The notes beneath the pieces are model-generated. The model had not been told where the DNA came from. It was given only the letters and a program-made list of their open reading frames with translations, and did no database searches. Position numbers and translations under genes: made by a program. A DNA stretch of 61,000 nucleotides, the filler included, from Perkinsus olseni (Eukaryota): the NCBI GenBank assembly GCA_013115125.1. It is 8 parts of 8 records of this genome, joined end to end, with 100 filler letters (N's around TTAATTAATTAA, not from the genome) between each part and the next. Parts side by side here need not be neighbours in the genome. Positions count along the whole stretch, not along the records: positions 23,088 to 30,630 come from JABANN010001019.1; positions 30,731 to 38,254 come from JABANN010001020.1; 6 more parts are not named here. One strand, written 5' to 3'. Below, piece by piece: positions 25,497-37,618 of the stretch. Each line of letters begins with the position of its first letter. Positions within the stretch are counted from its first letter, which is position 1.

Positions 25497-28400
25497 TTAA
25501 AGAAGAGTGTTGCCAGAGCTTGGCGGAGCTTTGCCGTACCACTTCCGCACATTTCTGCAGTCTTGAAGAGAACCGTCGCTGAGAATAACAGTCTGGCGAC
25601 CAGGCTTGTGGGTGATGGTGTAAGGGCCAGACCAGTGGGTACCGAGGGGACCTTGAGCAGTAGATGGGCTCCACTTTAGTACAGAGTCGCCGATTTGGAC
25701 ACTTGCTGATCGTCGGTGTTGGTTGCACTGCGGAACTGGGTCGATGGTAGGCTTGACATTGTCAGCGTCACCAAAGATGGCGTCAAGGCGCCGGTTGCGA
25801 ACCTCAACGATGTTCCGGACCACATCACTGAGCGACTGCGAGAACGATGAGGTGGGAGATGGCATGAACCGTCGGAGCACAGTGCGGGACTCGCCGAACA
25901 TCAGCATGAAAGGAGAGATGCTGTCGGTACCGGGGATGATGCGAGAGTTGCATCTGAATAAGGCCTTCGATAGGTACCGATCCCACTTGTGCTGAACGCT
26001 GTCACAGAGACATCTTAGGGTGGCCTTCAAGGAACGATGGCATCGCTCTAGTTGGCCATTCCGCCAAGGACAATACACTGGTATTTTCCAAGGGCGGATG
26101 GAATAGGAAGAGCACCATGACAAGAAAATAGAGCTGCCAAACGACGATCCATTATCGCTGGCAATTTCCTTGACCCGGCCGTAAATGTCCAACACATTCT
26201 GCTCCAGGGCGTTGCAGATCTCGTAGGAAGTTGCCCTTCGCAGAGGAATGCCGCCGACGAAGCCTGATGTGGAGTCGAGCCAGGTGAGTATGAACCTGAA
26301 GCCGCCATCGGCACCGCGAGTTGAGGGTAGGGGTCCGACGATGTCGACGTAGATGAGTTCCATGATGTCACGACGGTGTCGGAGAGAACCTCCGTCGTGC
26401 CTCGCTGATCTCACAGCACGTGAGAAGAAACAGCGACATGATGAGACGACCTTGGCAGCGACGGCTGAGAGACCGATGACGTAGAAGACCTCCTTGACGA
26501 TGCTGAGTGTCTGCTTGAGACCGCAATGTCCGTGCTCAGTGTGTACACGAGTGACCACGTCGCGAGCATAGGCTCGAGGTACAACGTATCGGCCCTTGAC
26601 CGTGAGGACGCCGCAGTCATCGACGATGAACTTCTTGGGGTTCACGTCATGAAGATGTTGTACTTCGGAGCATTCGCTCTGGGCGTTGGCCAGCCACTGC
26701 AAGGCGTCGATGTCATCGTCGTGAGCAGGAAAGGGCTTCGAGGCTGCTCGGGATCGCCATGCGGAGAATATGCCGTGTAGGGTGGATACCGGTGTGAATG
26801 ATGATGAGAAGGTGTGCTTCTGCTCGTGGTCGACGTCGGTAGTCTCGGCGGCACGGCAATCCGCATGACAGGAGCAGACCGAAGGAGTGGGAGTTGATGT
26901 AGAAGGGACCTCCAGAGACCTGGCGATGGCATCGGCGATTGCGGGGAGGCTTCCACGCGCGGCCCACGTCGTCAGATGTACACAACGCTGATAGGTCTGC
27001 CACTTGGCGAGGTAGCTTCCGATGCCGAACTCAGTCTCAACGGAATGCCAGTGCTTCCCAACGTTGGCGTTGTCAGTGACGGCGATGACTTTGCCGGAGA
27101 GAAGGCACTGGTTGTTGTGGATGACGTTGAGTAAGGCAGCCCGTTCACGCCAGGTGCTTGATCTGGAGGACTCGACCTTGGAGAACCTTTCGCCGCAGAC
27201 ACGGAGTGGCAGATTGGCGACGCGATCTTCGGGAAGGTCGAAGATCTCACCGAGGTTGGGGATGCAGTTGAACACAGCCTTGGAGTAGGACGCAAACTCG
27301 TTCGCATCACCGGGGACCTCAAAGACTTTGAAGATGATGGCGCCATAGCTGTCGTGGTTGGCTTCTACCACAGCGAGAGTGCCGACTCCGTCGTTACCAA
27401 GGGAACAAGGTAGAGTGCCAGCCAGATAGGCACGAAGTAGGAGTCCGAAAGCATCAGAGATGGCTGTGGTGAGAGTCTCGAGGAACTCCGTGGTTGTAGA
27501 GTCATCTTGATAGTGTTTGATGGCTTGGTTCAACACTTGTAGAGCATTGATGGCTTTTGGGAGAAGGTGCCCCGAGAGAAAGTTGAAGACCCCGGTCCAG
27601 CTCCTCAGCCATGAGTGACGATTTTGACGGAGTGCTTCAGTGGTCTGCTTGGGCCGTCGACGACCTCGTCGCTTGGAAGGGGCCTTTCCGTTGAGAAAAT
27701 CGTTGAAGGCAGTGTTGAAGGTAGCTTCAGTGATTTCTCGCTTGGCAGGTAGGGGTCGGTAGGTTCGGCCGTGTAGCAGTAGGCCACAGAATGTCGTCGA
27801 TCTCGCCGGTGGCTGGGACTTCTGCTGGTTGATGATGAAGCCGTGGTCGACGAGCACGTCGCTGAGCACCTTTAAGGCCTTCTCACCGTCAACGACGGTG
27901 TGTGAAGAGACCAGAATGTCATCTTGCACGTGGAGGACAGTGGCAGCAATACCCTCGGCGGCTAGCTTGGGGTTGACGGTAGTGTCGAGTAGGGTAGTGA
28001 GACCTACTTGAAACGCTAGTGATGACCATCGCCAGCCTTGGGGTAGGGAGGTAAGCGCCCAACGGACAGAGACTCCGGTGCGTGGACAGATGGATGTAGT
28101 GCCAAAGAGCTTCTGTAGAGGGTAGCTGACCGCTATGGAGCCGAAGGCATCACGAAGGTCTAACTTGGCCCAGAAGCCGAGGTTGGCAGATGGGACATCC
28201 TTCAACAAGTTGGTGGCTGTCCGTTGATGTTGCTTGTAGGAGAACTCATCACGCTGCTTACTGTCCTTGGGGATCTCACCACCAGGCACGAAGATGAAGT
28301 TGCCGGAGTCATCAAAGCTCAACTGCAACGAGTTGAGGGGTTTGGTGTCGATAACCAGGCGATACCGAGAGGAGAGTTCGGTATCACTAAAAGGGACCGT

Positions 28401-28919
28401 TCTCAGTTGACTCTTCCCATCAGCACGGTCGAGCTTGTCGATTAGGATGGGCTCGCAGACGATGGAAAGGTCAGAGTCTTGGACTCGGCGAACCTTCCCT
28501 TGCGCTTCCATAGCGCAAAGCTTCTGGTGGATGATCTCAGCATCCACTTGAGTGCGCTTGCGCTGGGCAGCGCGGTAGGGCCAGACAGTAGCATTGCCGA
28601 TGGGGTCGATGTCACAGCGAAGCCGTTTGGTGGGGCCGTCCTGGATTGTGGAGATGAGCGGCTGGACATCAGTAGAGGCACGATGACAAGTGACTGCCGG
28701 CGCGGCACGGGGTGTCAAGGGACCCTGAATGGTAGAGTCAGTGGTGGCCTCCGCAGTGGAGGGGATAGATTCCTCGGTCGAGTTGGAGTCAGGGGTGAGG
28801 CAGTTGGAAGTGGCCTCATCGGTCTGGGAGGCCGTGTCTCGGCGCGTGGTCAATGGCGAAGTACCGTTGAGAGAGATACCCTTCGTAGACGTGAAGGTGA
28901 TGCCAAGTGCGCCGAACAT
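25497..28919 (-). CDS. pol: Pol: reverse transcriptase, RNase H, integrase
   Basis: KLDLRDAF, LPQGW, VQDDILV; RNase H VTDN and ADAIAR; HHCC zinc site; YVDIVGP, SDNG, GQLER; GPY. Confidence 0.95.
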   Translation of the reverse strand: MFGALGITFTSTKGISLNGTSPLTTRRDTASQTDEATSNCLTPDSNSTEESIPSTAEATTDSTIQGPLTPRAAPAVTCHRASTDVQPLISTIQDGPTKRLRCDIDPIGNATVWPYRAAQRKRTQVDAEIIHQKLCAMEAQGKVRRVQDSDLSIVCEPILIDKLDRADGKSQLRTVPFSDTELSSRYRLVIDTKPLNSLQLSFDDSGNFIFVPGGEIPKDSKQRDEFSYKQHQRTATNLLKDVPSANLGFWAKLDLRDAFGSIAVSYPLQKLFGTTSICPRTGVSVRWALTSLPQGWRWSSLAFQVGLTTLLDTTVNPKLAAEGIAATVLHVQDDILVSSHTVVDGEKALKVLSDVLVDHGFIINQQKSQPPARSTTFCGLLLHGRTYRPLPAKREITEATFNTAFNDFLNGKAPSKRRGRRRPKQTTEALRQNRHSWLRSWTGVFNFLSGHLLPKAINALQVLNQAIKHYQDDSTTTEFLETLTTAISDAFGLLLRAYLAGTLPCSLGNDGVGTLAVVEANHDSYGAIIFKVFEVPGDANEFASYSKAVFNCIPNLGEIFDLPEDRVANLPLRVCGERFSKVESSRSSTWRERAALLNVIHNNQCLLSGKVIAVTDNANVGKHWHSVETEFGIGSYLAKWQTYQRCVHLTTWAARGSLPAIADAIARSLEVPSTSTPTPSVCSCHADCRAAETTDVDHEQKHTFSSSFTPVSTLHGIFSAWRSRAASKPFPAHDDDIDALQWLANAQSECSEVQHLHDVNPKKFIVDDCGVLTVKGRYVVPRAYARDVVTRVHTEHGHCGLKQTLSIVKEVFYVIGLSAVAAKVVSSCRCFFSRAVRSARHDGGSLRHRRDIMELIYVDIVGPLPSTRGADGGFRFILTWLDSTSGFVGGIPLRRATSYEICNALEQNVLDIYGRVKEIASDNGSSFGSSIFLSWCSSYSIRPWKIPVYCPWRNGQLERCHRSLKATLRCLCDSVQHKWDRYLSKALFRCNSRIIPGTDSISPFMLMFGESRTVLRRFMPSPTSSFSQSLSDVVRNIVEVRNRRLDAIFGDADNVKPTIDPVPQCNQHRRSASVQIGDSVLKWSPSTAQGPLGTHWSGPYTITHKPGRQTVILSDGSLQDCRNVRKWYGKAPPSSGNTLL

Positions 28920-28998
28920 GTTCCTGCCGATGATGACTCGTGGATGGCACTGGTCTACTTGTAGAAGGAGTAGGGGAGTCTCGAGAGACTCTAGATGT

Positions 28999-30618
28999 CT
29001 AGATGTCTAGGGAGTCTAGATGGCTCTTGAGAGATGAGGCCTGCTGCAGTGAGCAGGGTACAGAGATGATGGTAGAGGTGGAAGTAGAGGAGTTGTTCCC
29101 ATAAGTGACCCTCAGTGGACGATCGAGTGTGGACACCGCGTCGGTTGTGATGACGGCGTTGTCAAGGAGATATCTTACGACCGAAACGTCAACCAGGGAG
29201 ATGTTGGCTCCAGTGTCCACCAAACAGGAGGTATCACAGCGAGGACCTGTCGTACCAGTACCCAACCGGATGGTGACTGTAGGGTCCGGTGAGGAGGTAG
29301 TGAACAGGTCAGACGCTGAGTAGTTGATCTGGGCGTTGGCAGCGCTCACGTATGCAGCCGAGTTGTTGACCAGTTGGACATCGGAATTCTTGTTAGAGGA
29401 AGGACCGGTGAGGTTAGGTGCTGAAGAGTTGTGGAACTTCTTGAGGCACACGCCAGCAAGGTGGTGAGACCTGCGGCACCGCTTGCAGTGGAACTTGCTC
29501 GAGTCACAGCGATGCTGAGAGTCGGCCAGTCGACCACACCTTCTGCATCTCTCGTCCTTGCGAATGATCTGGTCAGGGCTTGCTTTACAGCGAGCCGCAA
29601 CATGCCCAGGTTTACCACAGCGAAGACAAGAGTCCTTCGGTAGGCCGAGCTCAGCTGCTGCGGCCATGCATAGTGCTATGACGTTGGGGTCATCATCGAC
29701 GTTACGGCCCTTGTTCTTGTCACTCTTGGGAACTGACTTGGTGAGTGAGTTGATGTCGGGTAGGTCATCGATGACGGCCAGTAGAGTGTCTTTGAAGGTG
29801 TCGAAGTCCATCTTGTTGAGTGGATCAGTCAACGAGGCGGCAAGAATGGCCTTGGGATCCTTCAGACCCTTTTTAAGACGCCGGATGATGGAAGAGTCCT
29901 GAGCTGCCTCATCGGGGACGACCGACTGCTTGACGTGCCACAGTTTCTCGAACCGGGTGCAGTAGTCGAGGGTGGACTCGGACGGCTCTTGTGATAGGGC
30001 GTCGAGGGAGTTCTCCAGAGATCTTAGCTCAAGGTTTGTGTTGTACCGTTTGTCCATGACCGTCCATACCGCAGAGATGCCGTTGTCAACGATAGCATCA
30101 CGTGAGAGTTTGTTGCGGATGGTGGACTTCAACGGCTCGGTGATACAGTGTAGGGCAACCTCCGCAGCGATGTCGTTGGGAAGTGAATGATGATGACGTA
30201 GGAGGTCACAGAGCGCGACGCGCCAAGGGAAATAGGAACCGGTAGGGTTGCCGGAGAAGAGGAGGTGTTTAGGCACCGTATCACCGATGATGGACTTCAC
30301 GGTTCTCCTGACGACATCGCAGGATGAGACGACACCAGTGATGTTGCTGGTGCCGTTGGAGGCAGTAGCTGAGACGTTGGTCGGTGGTGTCGTAGTGCCA
30401 GGAGTAGGGACCGCAGGTACCGATCCTTGATACGACGAATGGCTGGAGGTGATCGGGTGGGCAGCAGCATACCGTACATCAGACACGGCGGTGGAGATGG
30501 CTTTACGCAGATCTAGGCACACTCGCAGCAAAGCCGCTAGACGTGCGATGATCGCACTGCGATCTCGAGTTAGGCATTCATTGTGTTGCGATGGAGGTCG
30601 TATTAGTCTGCGATACAT
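28999..30618 (-). CDS. gag: Gag with CCHC zinc knuckles plus N-terminal part of the aspartic protease
   Basis: CLRCGKPGHVAARC, CKRCRRSHHLAGVC, LVDTGANISLV. Confidence 0.9.
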   Translation of the reverse strand: MYRRLIRPPSQHNECLTRDRSAIIARLAALLRVCLDLRKAISTAVSDVRYAAAHPITSSHSSYQGSVPAVPTPGTTTPPTNVSATASNGTSNITGVVSSCDVVRRTVKSIIGDTVPKHLLFSGNPTGSYFPWRVALCDLLRHHHSLPNDIAAEVALHCITEPLKSTIRNKLSRDAIVDNGISAVWTVMDKRYNTNLELRSLENSLDALSQEPSESTLDYCTRFEKLWHVKQSVVPDEAAQDSSIIRRLKKGLKDPKAILAASLTDPLNKMDFDTFKDTLLAVIDDLPDINSLTKSVPKSDKNKGRNVDDDPNVIALCMAAAAELGLPKDSCLRCGKPGHVAARCKASPDQIIRKDERCRRCGRLADSQHRCDSSKFHCKRCRRSHHLAGVCLKKFHNSSAPNLTGPSSNKNSDVQLVNNSAAYVSAANAQINYSASDLFTTSSPDPTVTIRLGTGTTGPRCDTSCLVDTGANISLVDVSVVRYLLDNAVITTDAVSTLDRPLRVTYGNNSSTSTSTIISVPCSLQQASSLKSHLDSLDI

Positions 30619-30630
30619 GCAGCCAAATAC

Positions 30631-30730
30631 NNNNNNNNNNNNNNNNNNNNNNNNNNNNNNNNNNNNNNNNNNNNTTAATTAATTAANNNNNNNNNNNNNN
30701 NNNNNNNNNNNNNNNNNNNNNNNNNNNNNN
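30631..30730. other. Artificial contig linker
   Basis: N44-TTAATTAATTAA-N44. Confidence 0.99.
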
Positions 30731-32817
30731 AGTCGGGACACTAGGTGTCCCGCTGTGCACACAATATAACACGGCATCTCTCCGCGCCGGTTTTAACCTA
30801 GATAAACTACTCGTTTATCCGCTGAAGAAATTGCGCAGAATAACGGTTTCGTGCAAGGCAGGTAAAGCGTTTGTCGAGGTGACCTAGACGAGCTTCGACA
30901 GGCTTTTGTCAACCATAACGTAGAAGGAAGCGGTGATAGTGAACGGTTGGCACTGTTAGACCCTTGAGATTCAGCGTTAACACCGGCAGACTTCTTAGCA
31001 ACACGAGGAGGCATAGGGGTGATAGATAACTTGATAAGACATTGAGAACAATAATCTCAATGATTGGGCAATGAACCGCAGCGTAAAGCACGCATGCGCA
31101 AAGCGTTTCTCATCAGATTGTCTCTTTTACTGGGACACCTGTCCCAGGTACGTGAGTCACGTGACGTGACATACGACTAGACTGAAAAAATGGAATCAAT
31201 AACAATGGCATTGTTACAATGCTCAATAGCAAGATAGTGACTTCAACTTGAATTTTCGAAGTGGATCTCACAGTAAGATTCCTACTAAGTGGGTGTTTTT
31301 TCTTGACCCCAACTCGAGGTTAAATTGAAGCGCGAGAAGAGCCCGAACTATGAGTTAAATCCCAACTACAAGTCGAACTCCAACTGCGAGCCCCAAGGAA
31401 AACAAAGGACTGCGGGTGCGAGCGGAGAAAAGGAAACCCGAAACCCCACCCGAAACCCGACTGGGCAACCAGAAACCCGAACTGTTATCCAAGTGAAGGC
31501 TGCGGAGGCTCCGCAGCGGAGCAAGGGCAAGTTGTCATGCAAGGCCAAGCCCTCCTTCAAGGGCAAGCTGCCCCATGGCAGCTCTTGCGGTTTGCCTAAT
31601 CGTCGTGCAGTCTGACTGACGACTCAGATATTTACTGACAGTTTCCAATTATTCCCAGTAAGGTTATGCCAGTCTTGATAGACTACAGCACGATACATGT
31701 GCGGTACCACAAGAGGGTAGAGAAGTAAGTGAGAGACCCCGAACTGACCGAAAGATGGGGAGATAGAAACGCTACGAGAGGAAAGAACATTGAGACTAGC
31801 TTGAATCAATCAAACTAGAAAAGTGTGGAGAGGGACACAAAATTTCACAGAATCGGGGATCTGGATACTGCACATTGGAATAACGGCATCTCGGCAGATT
31901 GCCAAGTTGTTGTTATTCGCTGAATGAATTTAACCTGGTGACTTGCTCCGCTGAGCCCTGCACGATGGCCTGTGGAAGGGAGGATTCTACTTTCGGTCTA
32001 AGACCACATCGGCGACACCCTTCTGATAGACTCTGCACTGCTGGCATCAAGGACTTAACCAGTCAGTCGAGTCCGCCAGAGTTGCGAGCGGGAACAGTGG
32101 GCACTGCTAGCAGGAGAGGAGACTGGTTGCTAGTCGGGGCATGGAGGTGAAAGGACTTGATAGTGTACACGATGCTAAGCAGTCTCGAGGGGAACTGGGC
32201 AGGGAATAACTTACAGTACAGTTTTCTGAATTGCAGTTCGCAGAAAGTTGAAAGCGATGACTTTTCGTCCATCGAACTCACACAGATAAGCTCCCTTGCT
32301 TGAAGATACGGTGAAATCCAGCAGATAGCCCTCTGAACTTCACGCCAACAGGAGCGTGCACTCAAGGTCGCAGCCCTCAAGAAGTATGGACTAAGCTGGA
32401 TCGGGTGAGTATCCTCGCCGCCATGACTAAGCCACCAGGAAGGCCTCCGGTCTTCCTTCCACGATGATCGAGTAATAGTTTGGTCTACCCAGCCCTTCGC
32501 AACACCGCAAGTGGCCAACACAGACCTGGGGTCGTTCTTACACCAACATCGAGAACATGCTTCATAGATGGGGAGTGTCAGGCCCTTCGCGTAGGGCTAG
32601 AACTGGAGGAAGATGACCGATGTCTTGAATCCAGGTAGCCTGAGTAGGAGCACTCTCCACTAACCAGGCAAGCTGGGTGACTACCGATAGGAGGAGAAAG
32701 AGGCTTGTAAGTCGAAGTCGGTAGAAAGTCATCTTATTTGCGGCGGAGTCGCTTAGAGGGCGGACCATCAGCTTCTTGCCATGAGTCGCCGCTGACACCA
32801 CACCATACATAGCGTGT

Positions 32818-33768
32818 TCAAGCAACCTCAACGCCCGATGCGGGCCGATGGGCGTGGAGCGGGTGGGCCTCAAGACGAGAGAAGGAGCTCACATTTGGGT
32901 CGAGGGCCTCTCCAACACAGCGCTCTGCTCGAGGGCAGTTTGCTCCAACCTGCGGGATAAAGAAGCAGATGAAGCAGATTCGCCTTTCAGGGTGAATCAG
33001 CGTTCCGTGATGGATGCGAATGCCGAGTCCCTCGTACCAACTCTCGATTGACTGTCTCGTCCAGTACTCACTCTCATACCTGAGGAAGGGAGAGAACCGG
33101 GTCAAAGGTACGACAAGTTTGGACACTCACCCAGGTCTGGGGTCTCCTTTCATAATGAAAAACCTAGTACTCCCGTCGACTTGTGTTCTCCCCAATAAGA
33201 ATACACCCAACGATCTGTTAGGAAAAGAAGATACGCTGAGGAGGGCGAACTCGATATCGTCCGACACCGTAGTGCCGTCATCTTGTATGGGCGCCTTCCG
33301 GCTCTTCAGCGTGCCGTTGGTGAGCAAGGTATAGGACAGCGAGTCTGCATCAACCGCAGCAAAGCAGTTGGGCGAGAAGCTTCCGAACACGTAATCCACT
33401 CCCATCAGGGCTGCCGGTCCCAGCCGATGGGTGCGTGAAAGATAAGCTGTATGCCCATCGAGGGTCATTCTGAGCCCAGTTCCATCCTTCCTGAGTGAAG
33501 CAGGGCCTGCAGGATCCCCCAGAAGAGCTTCTCTCTGCTCGCTTGACGAGAAAGTGCTTGAGCCTCGCAATTTATAGAAGTGTGAATACACCAGTGTGAC
33601 TGGGCCATCAGGATCGCCAATCATGCATGCAATGCCGTGCTTGGGTTCCGTCTCGTAGTGACAGTATACGTCGTCGCCTATTCTTCCAAGACAGGAGGGT
33701 AAGACCATGGCGATGACGGTGAGGAGACAGGGTAGGACGGAGGGGATGCGGGTAGATGTAATGGCCAT
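32818..33768 (-). CDS. Hypothetical secreted protein
   Basis: ORF 33127-33768 has a signal-peptide-like start (VLPCLLTVIAMVLPSCLG) and ends at a GTGAGT donor; probable second exon in ORF 32818-33126. Confidence 0.55.
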
Positions 33769-33950
33769 AATAATTCGAAGACACTATCGACGGGAGAAAA
33801 GTAATTACGCCACCCTATCAACTGATACTCTAAATTGATAGTTAGCTTGCTCTCAACAATTGTCAGATGATGGTCGATAGGCTGTATTGACAACGCAAGC
33901 GCATTAACCTCGTAAGAAAGTTGAGGACATTCCCCATTCGACTTGACATG

Positions 33951-34513
33951 TTACAGAACCGCCCTTCTCCCGAACCTGGGCCTGGACTCCTGCTGATAAT
34001 CATGTTGTCTCGCTTCAGAGATTGGCGCAGCACCATCCGACTCTCCTCCCTTCACCGAGCTGAATGTTCCTTCGACATGTGAGTACTCGTTAGTGTCTTC
34101 ATCACCCTCGGGTAGCGTGACAAGAAGTCCTTTCGAATCACCAGCTGTCGATGGCTTTGGATGGTTCTCTGCTAACTCTGGTGCGACCATGCTCTCATTA
34201 TTGATTGATGTTGACGTATCAATGATTGCTGCATCACCTCCTGTAGTGAATAGAGTATCCAATGGATTTGCTACGGACACCGTTACGCTCGATGGTAATA
34301 GCAGCTGCCTGGTCTGCGCCCCTGTCCCGGTCGGGCTCTCAGGAGCCTTGCCAATGCATGGGTCGCTATTGCCCGCACTGTCGGGAGCGAAGAGGGAATC
34401 TAGGCTGGGCAATGCAACGCTGTTGTTGTTTCCCTCTCGGACTCTGTGGCCTGGTGTATCCTCAAGCTCCAGCGACGCGTTCACGCCACATCCAGCCTCA
34501 CATTGCTCATCAC

Positions 34514-34554
<41 letters not shown>

Positions 34555-37500
34555 CCATCATCGCCATCATCACCATCACCATCACCACCATCACTAATTC
34601 CATTGCATTGAGAGAGGACCGTTGCCTCATGCTCATGCTCATGCTCATGCTCATGTGATATCGAATCAGCTTTGGCTTCCCCAGCAGAGCACGGGTCCCC
34701 CTCGGGGACAGGGTCCTGTCGTCTCTGTCTCCTCCTCTCAGCTGCATCAGCGATGCTGGTAGTTGCATCCTCTAACGAACACTACATCACAACGCCTGGC
34801 CGATACCCTCACCGATGTGCTTGGCCCGCTCCTTGATCGCCATGAGATCAGGTGACGGCGCACTGTCCTCAGCAGTCTTCCTAGCCAACCCTCGTCTACT
34901 CGGGGACCCTGCTCTCTCGGAGGTGGCTGTGCCTATGGACAGACAGGAGCAGAGCACAGAGGGGGAGATTGTCCAGCCCCTACTAGCGCCACGACTGTCT
35001 TCCCCCATGGGCAGGCCTCTGGGTATATGCTCTCTATTGCGGATAAGCTCGGAATAGTCAGGCCTCAATGCCCGTGGTAAGCTGCACTTCACGTGATGTG
35101 GTAATGTGCAGTACAACCTCACATGCTCATTGATATCTGAGCAAACAACATCTCTCACCAACTCCCACACATGACCCACGTTGTCTCTCTAGGGAGGTGG
35201 CTTGGGCCAGTCTCTCCTCGAGGTCCTTCATCTCCGCCTCTAGTCGCTGACGGTCTCTTTCGTGAGTTCTGCGACTCCGCATGAGGTTTCGTTGTGACTG
35301 AGACGCTGTGGGCGTGGGCATCATCCACTTCGACAGAATCATATGACTTGATCAATAACCCGAGTAAGGTTGGCCACCTCCGCTTCGAGCTGGGTCTTCC
35401 GGGCTTCGAGCTGGATCCGGGTTTCCCTCTGCTGGTCCTCTGCTACGGATCCCTTTCGATGTCGGTGGTGTATAGGGGGCTGAGAGAGCTGTGGTCTAGT
35501 GACTAGAGGCTCTAAGTGGTGATGGATCATCAGTGCTAGCCCAGCTGCCTGAACTCAGCTGACCTCTTCTTCTCCCCTCCGTTCTAGGTCCCGTAGCCTT
35601 GCAGCGAGATCCGCCTCTTTCTGTATGAGTGATGGCATCTGTCTCTCTAAGGCCTGACGAAGGCGATTGGGTACAGTCAGTTTTGTCAAGGCCGACTTCG
35701 ATGTCCGCAACGATCTTTCTGTTCTTCTCATGCCATCTCTCCGCCTCCACACGGAGCTGTTGCTCCTCTCTCTGCTGGGCCATAACTGAATCCACCGCGT
35801 CACGCGGAAATGAGGAGCCTGGACACCTCTCGAGGGAAGCATGCCGCCCGCCATAGGGTCCTCCTGCTCTTGCTTGATGGCCCTAGTCAGATCTCTATCA
35901 TTGCGAGATGCCTCCGTCTCTAAGTATACGATGAGTGCTCCCCCTCTCCGAAGACTATGCTCTACTCAAAGCCCTAACAGCTTTCCTCAGCTTGTCTATC
36001 TCAGTATCCAGCGCCTGCCTCTCAGCCTCCAGTGCCAACTCCCGTTGCCTAGGATGATGATACACCTTCACAACGCTGTAGGCGTAATGGCGCCTATCAG
36101 AACTTATCAACGGCGCGTCCATGCGTCTTCCTGAGGCGTTTAAGCTCCTTGTTGGCAGCATCTAGCATCTTCTTGGTTCCAGCGATATTAGACTCGACGC
36201 TGAACATCCACCGTAATACACAGTGCTCACACTAGTCGAGTCCCTACTGCCTCGAGTCCATGGTAGGCAGCATCCTTGTAGATGGAGAAGTATTCCGTCC
36301 ACCAGGCTGTAGGCCTGTAGGGCATCTTCTATACTCAAGAGCAGCGTGGGATATGGCCACGTACGATTGTGGACGTGGCGCTGGACTGCAGGACTGAACT
36401 TGTTACTCCTTTCTGCCGCTTCTGCTCGCATGAGCCTGTCGATGGCTGGAACAGCTAGCTCTGCCGTGTGGGCCAAGCGCTTTATCCATCGCCGAAGCTC
36501 CGCGTTCTCTTCACCTACATACAACCTGTGCCGTCATCACCGTCTTCCCTTCCTGCAAAGGGGATACGAGGACATGAAAGTGAGCATACGGATTTGGTCC
36601 CATGTCATAGCCATGTTCCTCCTCTTATCAAGGTAGTCCCGTACGTAGATGCACACCCCACAAGACCTGCAGCGCAGCAGGGAGAGGAGTTCCTGTCAAG
36701 CCACACAGAAGGGAGTTGACGAACTCACTTGCAGTTTCTACAGTAGCCCCCACCCAGAGCCGACACAACATCAGCTTTGAGCATGGACCCATCGCCTCCG
36801 AATACACCAAATGAGCCTGGTGGACGGCGAACGTGTTGGCTATGTGATTCGTGAGCCCACCTCCACAGCGAGGACATTGCTTCGCTCCCTCTGGTATACG
36901 TAGGCCCTCCGAGACACTTTCCCGTGCGGATGATTTACGAGGTACTTTGGGCTTTTTGAGGAGCAATGAGCCGACGCGAGCTCCTGTCCTCGTCGACTGA
37001 GGCATCACGAGACGCCGCTAGTCGAGAAAAGTCTTGGCATGCCTCCCTACATCACTCTCTTTCCTGTGTCCTGGGTCTACAGCTCTGGTTAGAGCTGTCA
37101 TGAAGTATGCGTCACTACGGGGCTCACGTGCCTTTCTCTCCTCTGGCATTATCATCTCACTGACGGCCTCCAGTGGGGTACTCTGTTCTCTAGATAGCAT
37201 ACCTTCGCTTGGCTCGAAGTCCGACTGGGAGTATCTACTTCGGATGGGGTTTACTTCCCTTATCGGAGGTGCACTGCTACGTACTTCTCGTCGCTGTCGT
37301 CATCACCGTCTGCCGTATATGTCTGCCTGGTATTGCTAGCAAGCCGTTGATTCAATGCTGCTCTATTGAGCACTCGGTCAGTGTCGTCGCCATCATCGTC
37401 CGATACACTCCTAGGATCTCGGCTGATATTATGGCCTACATCGCGATGGTCGAGCGAGGCGGCCGGATCGTACCTGGCCTGGCCATAGGAACGCCTGCTC

Positions 37501-37618
37501 CTCCCGTACAGTCCGCCACCACACCACTTGAGTAGCTTGAGAGGGGCACCGAGATGCGTGAAGGGGCACGCGATGACGGAATATCCGCTAGCCTGAGGCC
37601 CGCCTCACTAAGCTTCAT
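33951..37618 (-). CDS. Hypothetical coiled-coil protein(s), multi-exon; boundaries approximate
   Basis: Chain of minus-strand ORFs with E/R/L-rich heptads (ERQALDTEIDKLRKAVRAL, QLEARKTQLEAEVANL) and a Ser/Thr-rich terminal exon. Confidence 0.5.
34508..34655. repeat. (CAT/CAC)n and (CATGCT)n microsatellites
   Basis: Triplet tract 34508-34592 and hexamer tract about 34627-34655. Confidence 0.92.

Larger units (their letters stand above)
25229..30630 (-). mobile_element. Ty3/Gypsy LTR retrotransposon, 5' end cut by the contig edge
   Basis: gag-PR then RT-RNaseH-IN order, polypurine tract and 3' LTR. Confidence 0.93.

Noticed and set aside
34262-34768. Poly-His, poly-Ile and poly-Met ORFs
   Set aside because: Translations of the (CAT)n microsatellite.
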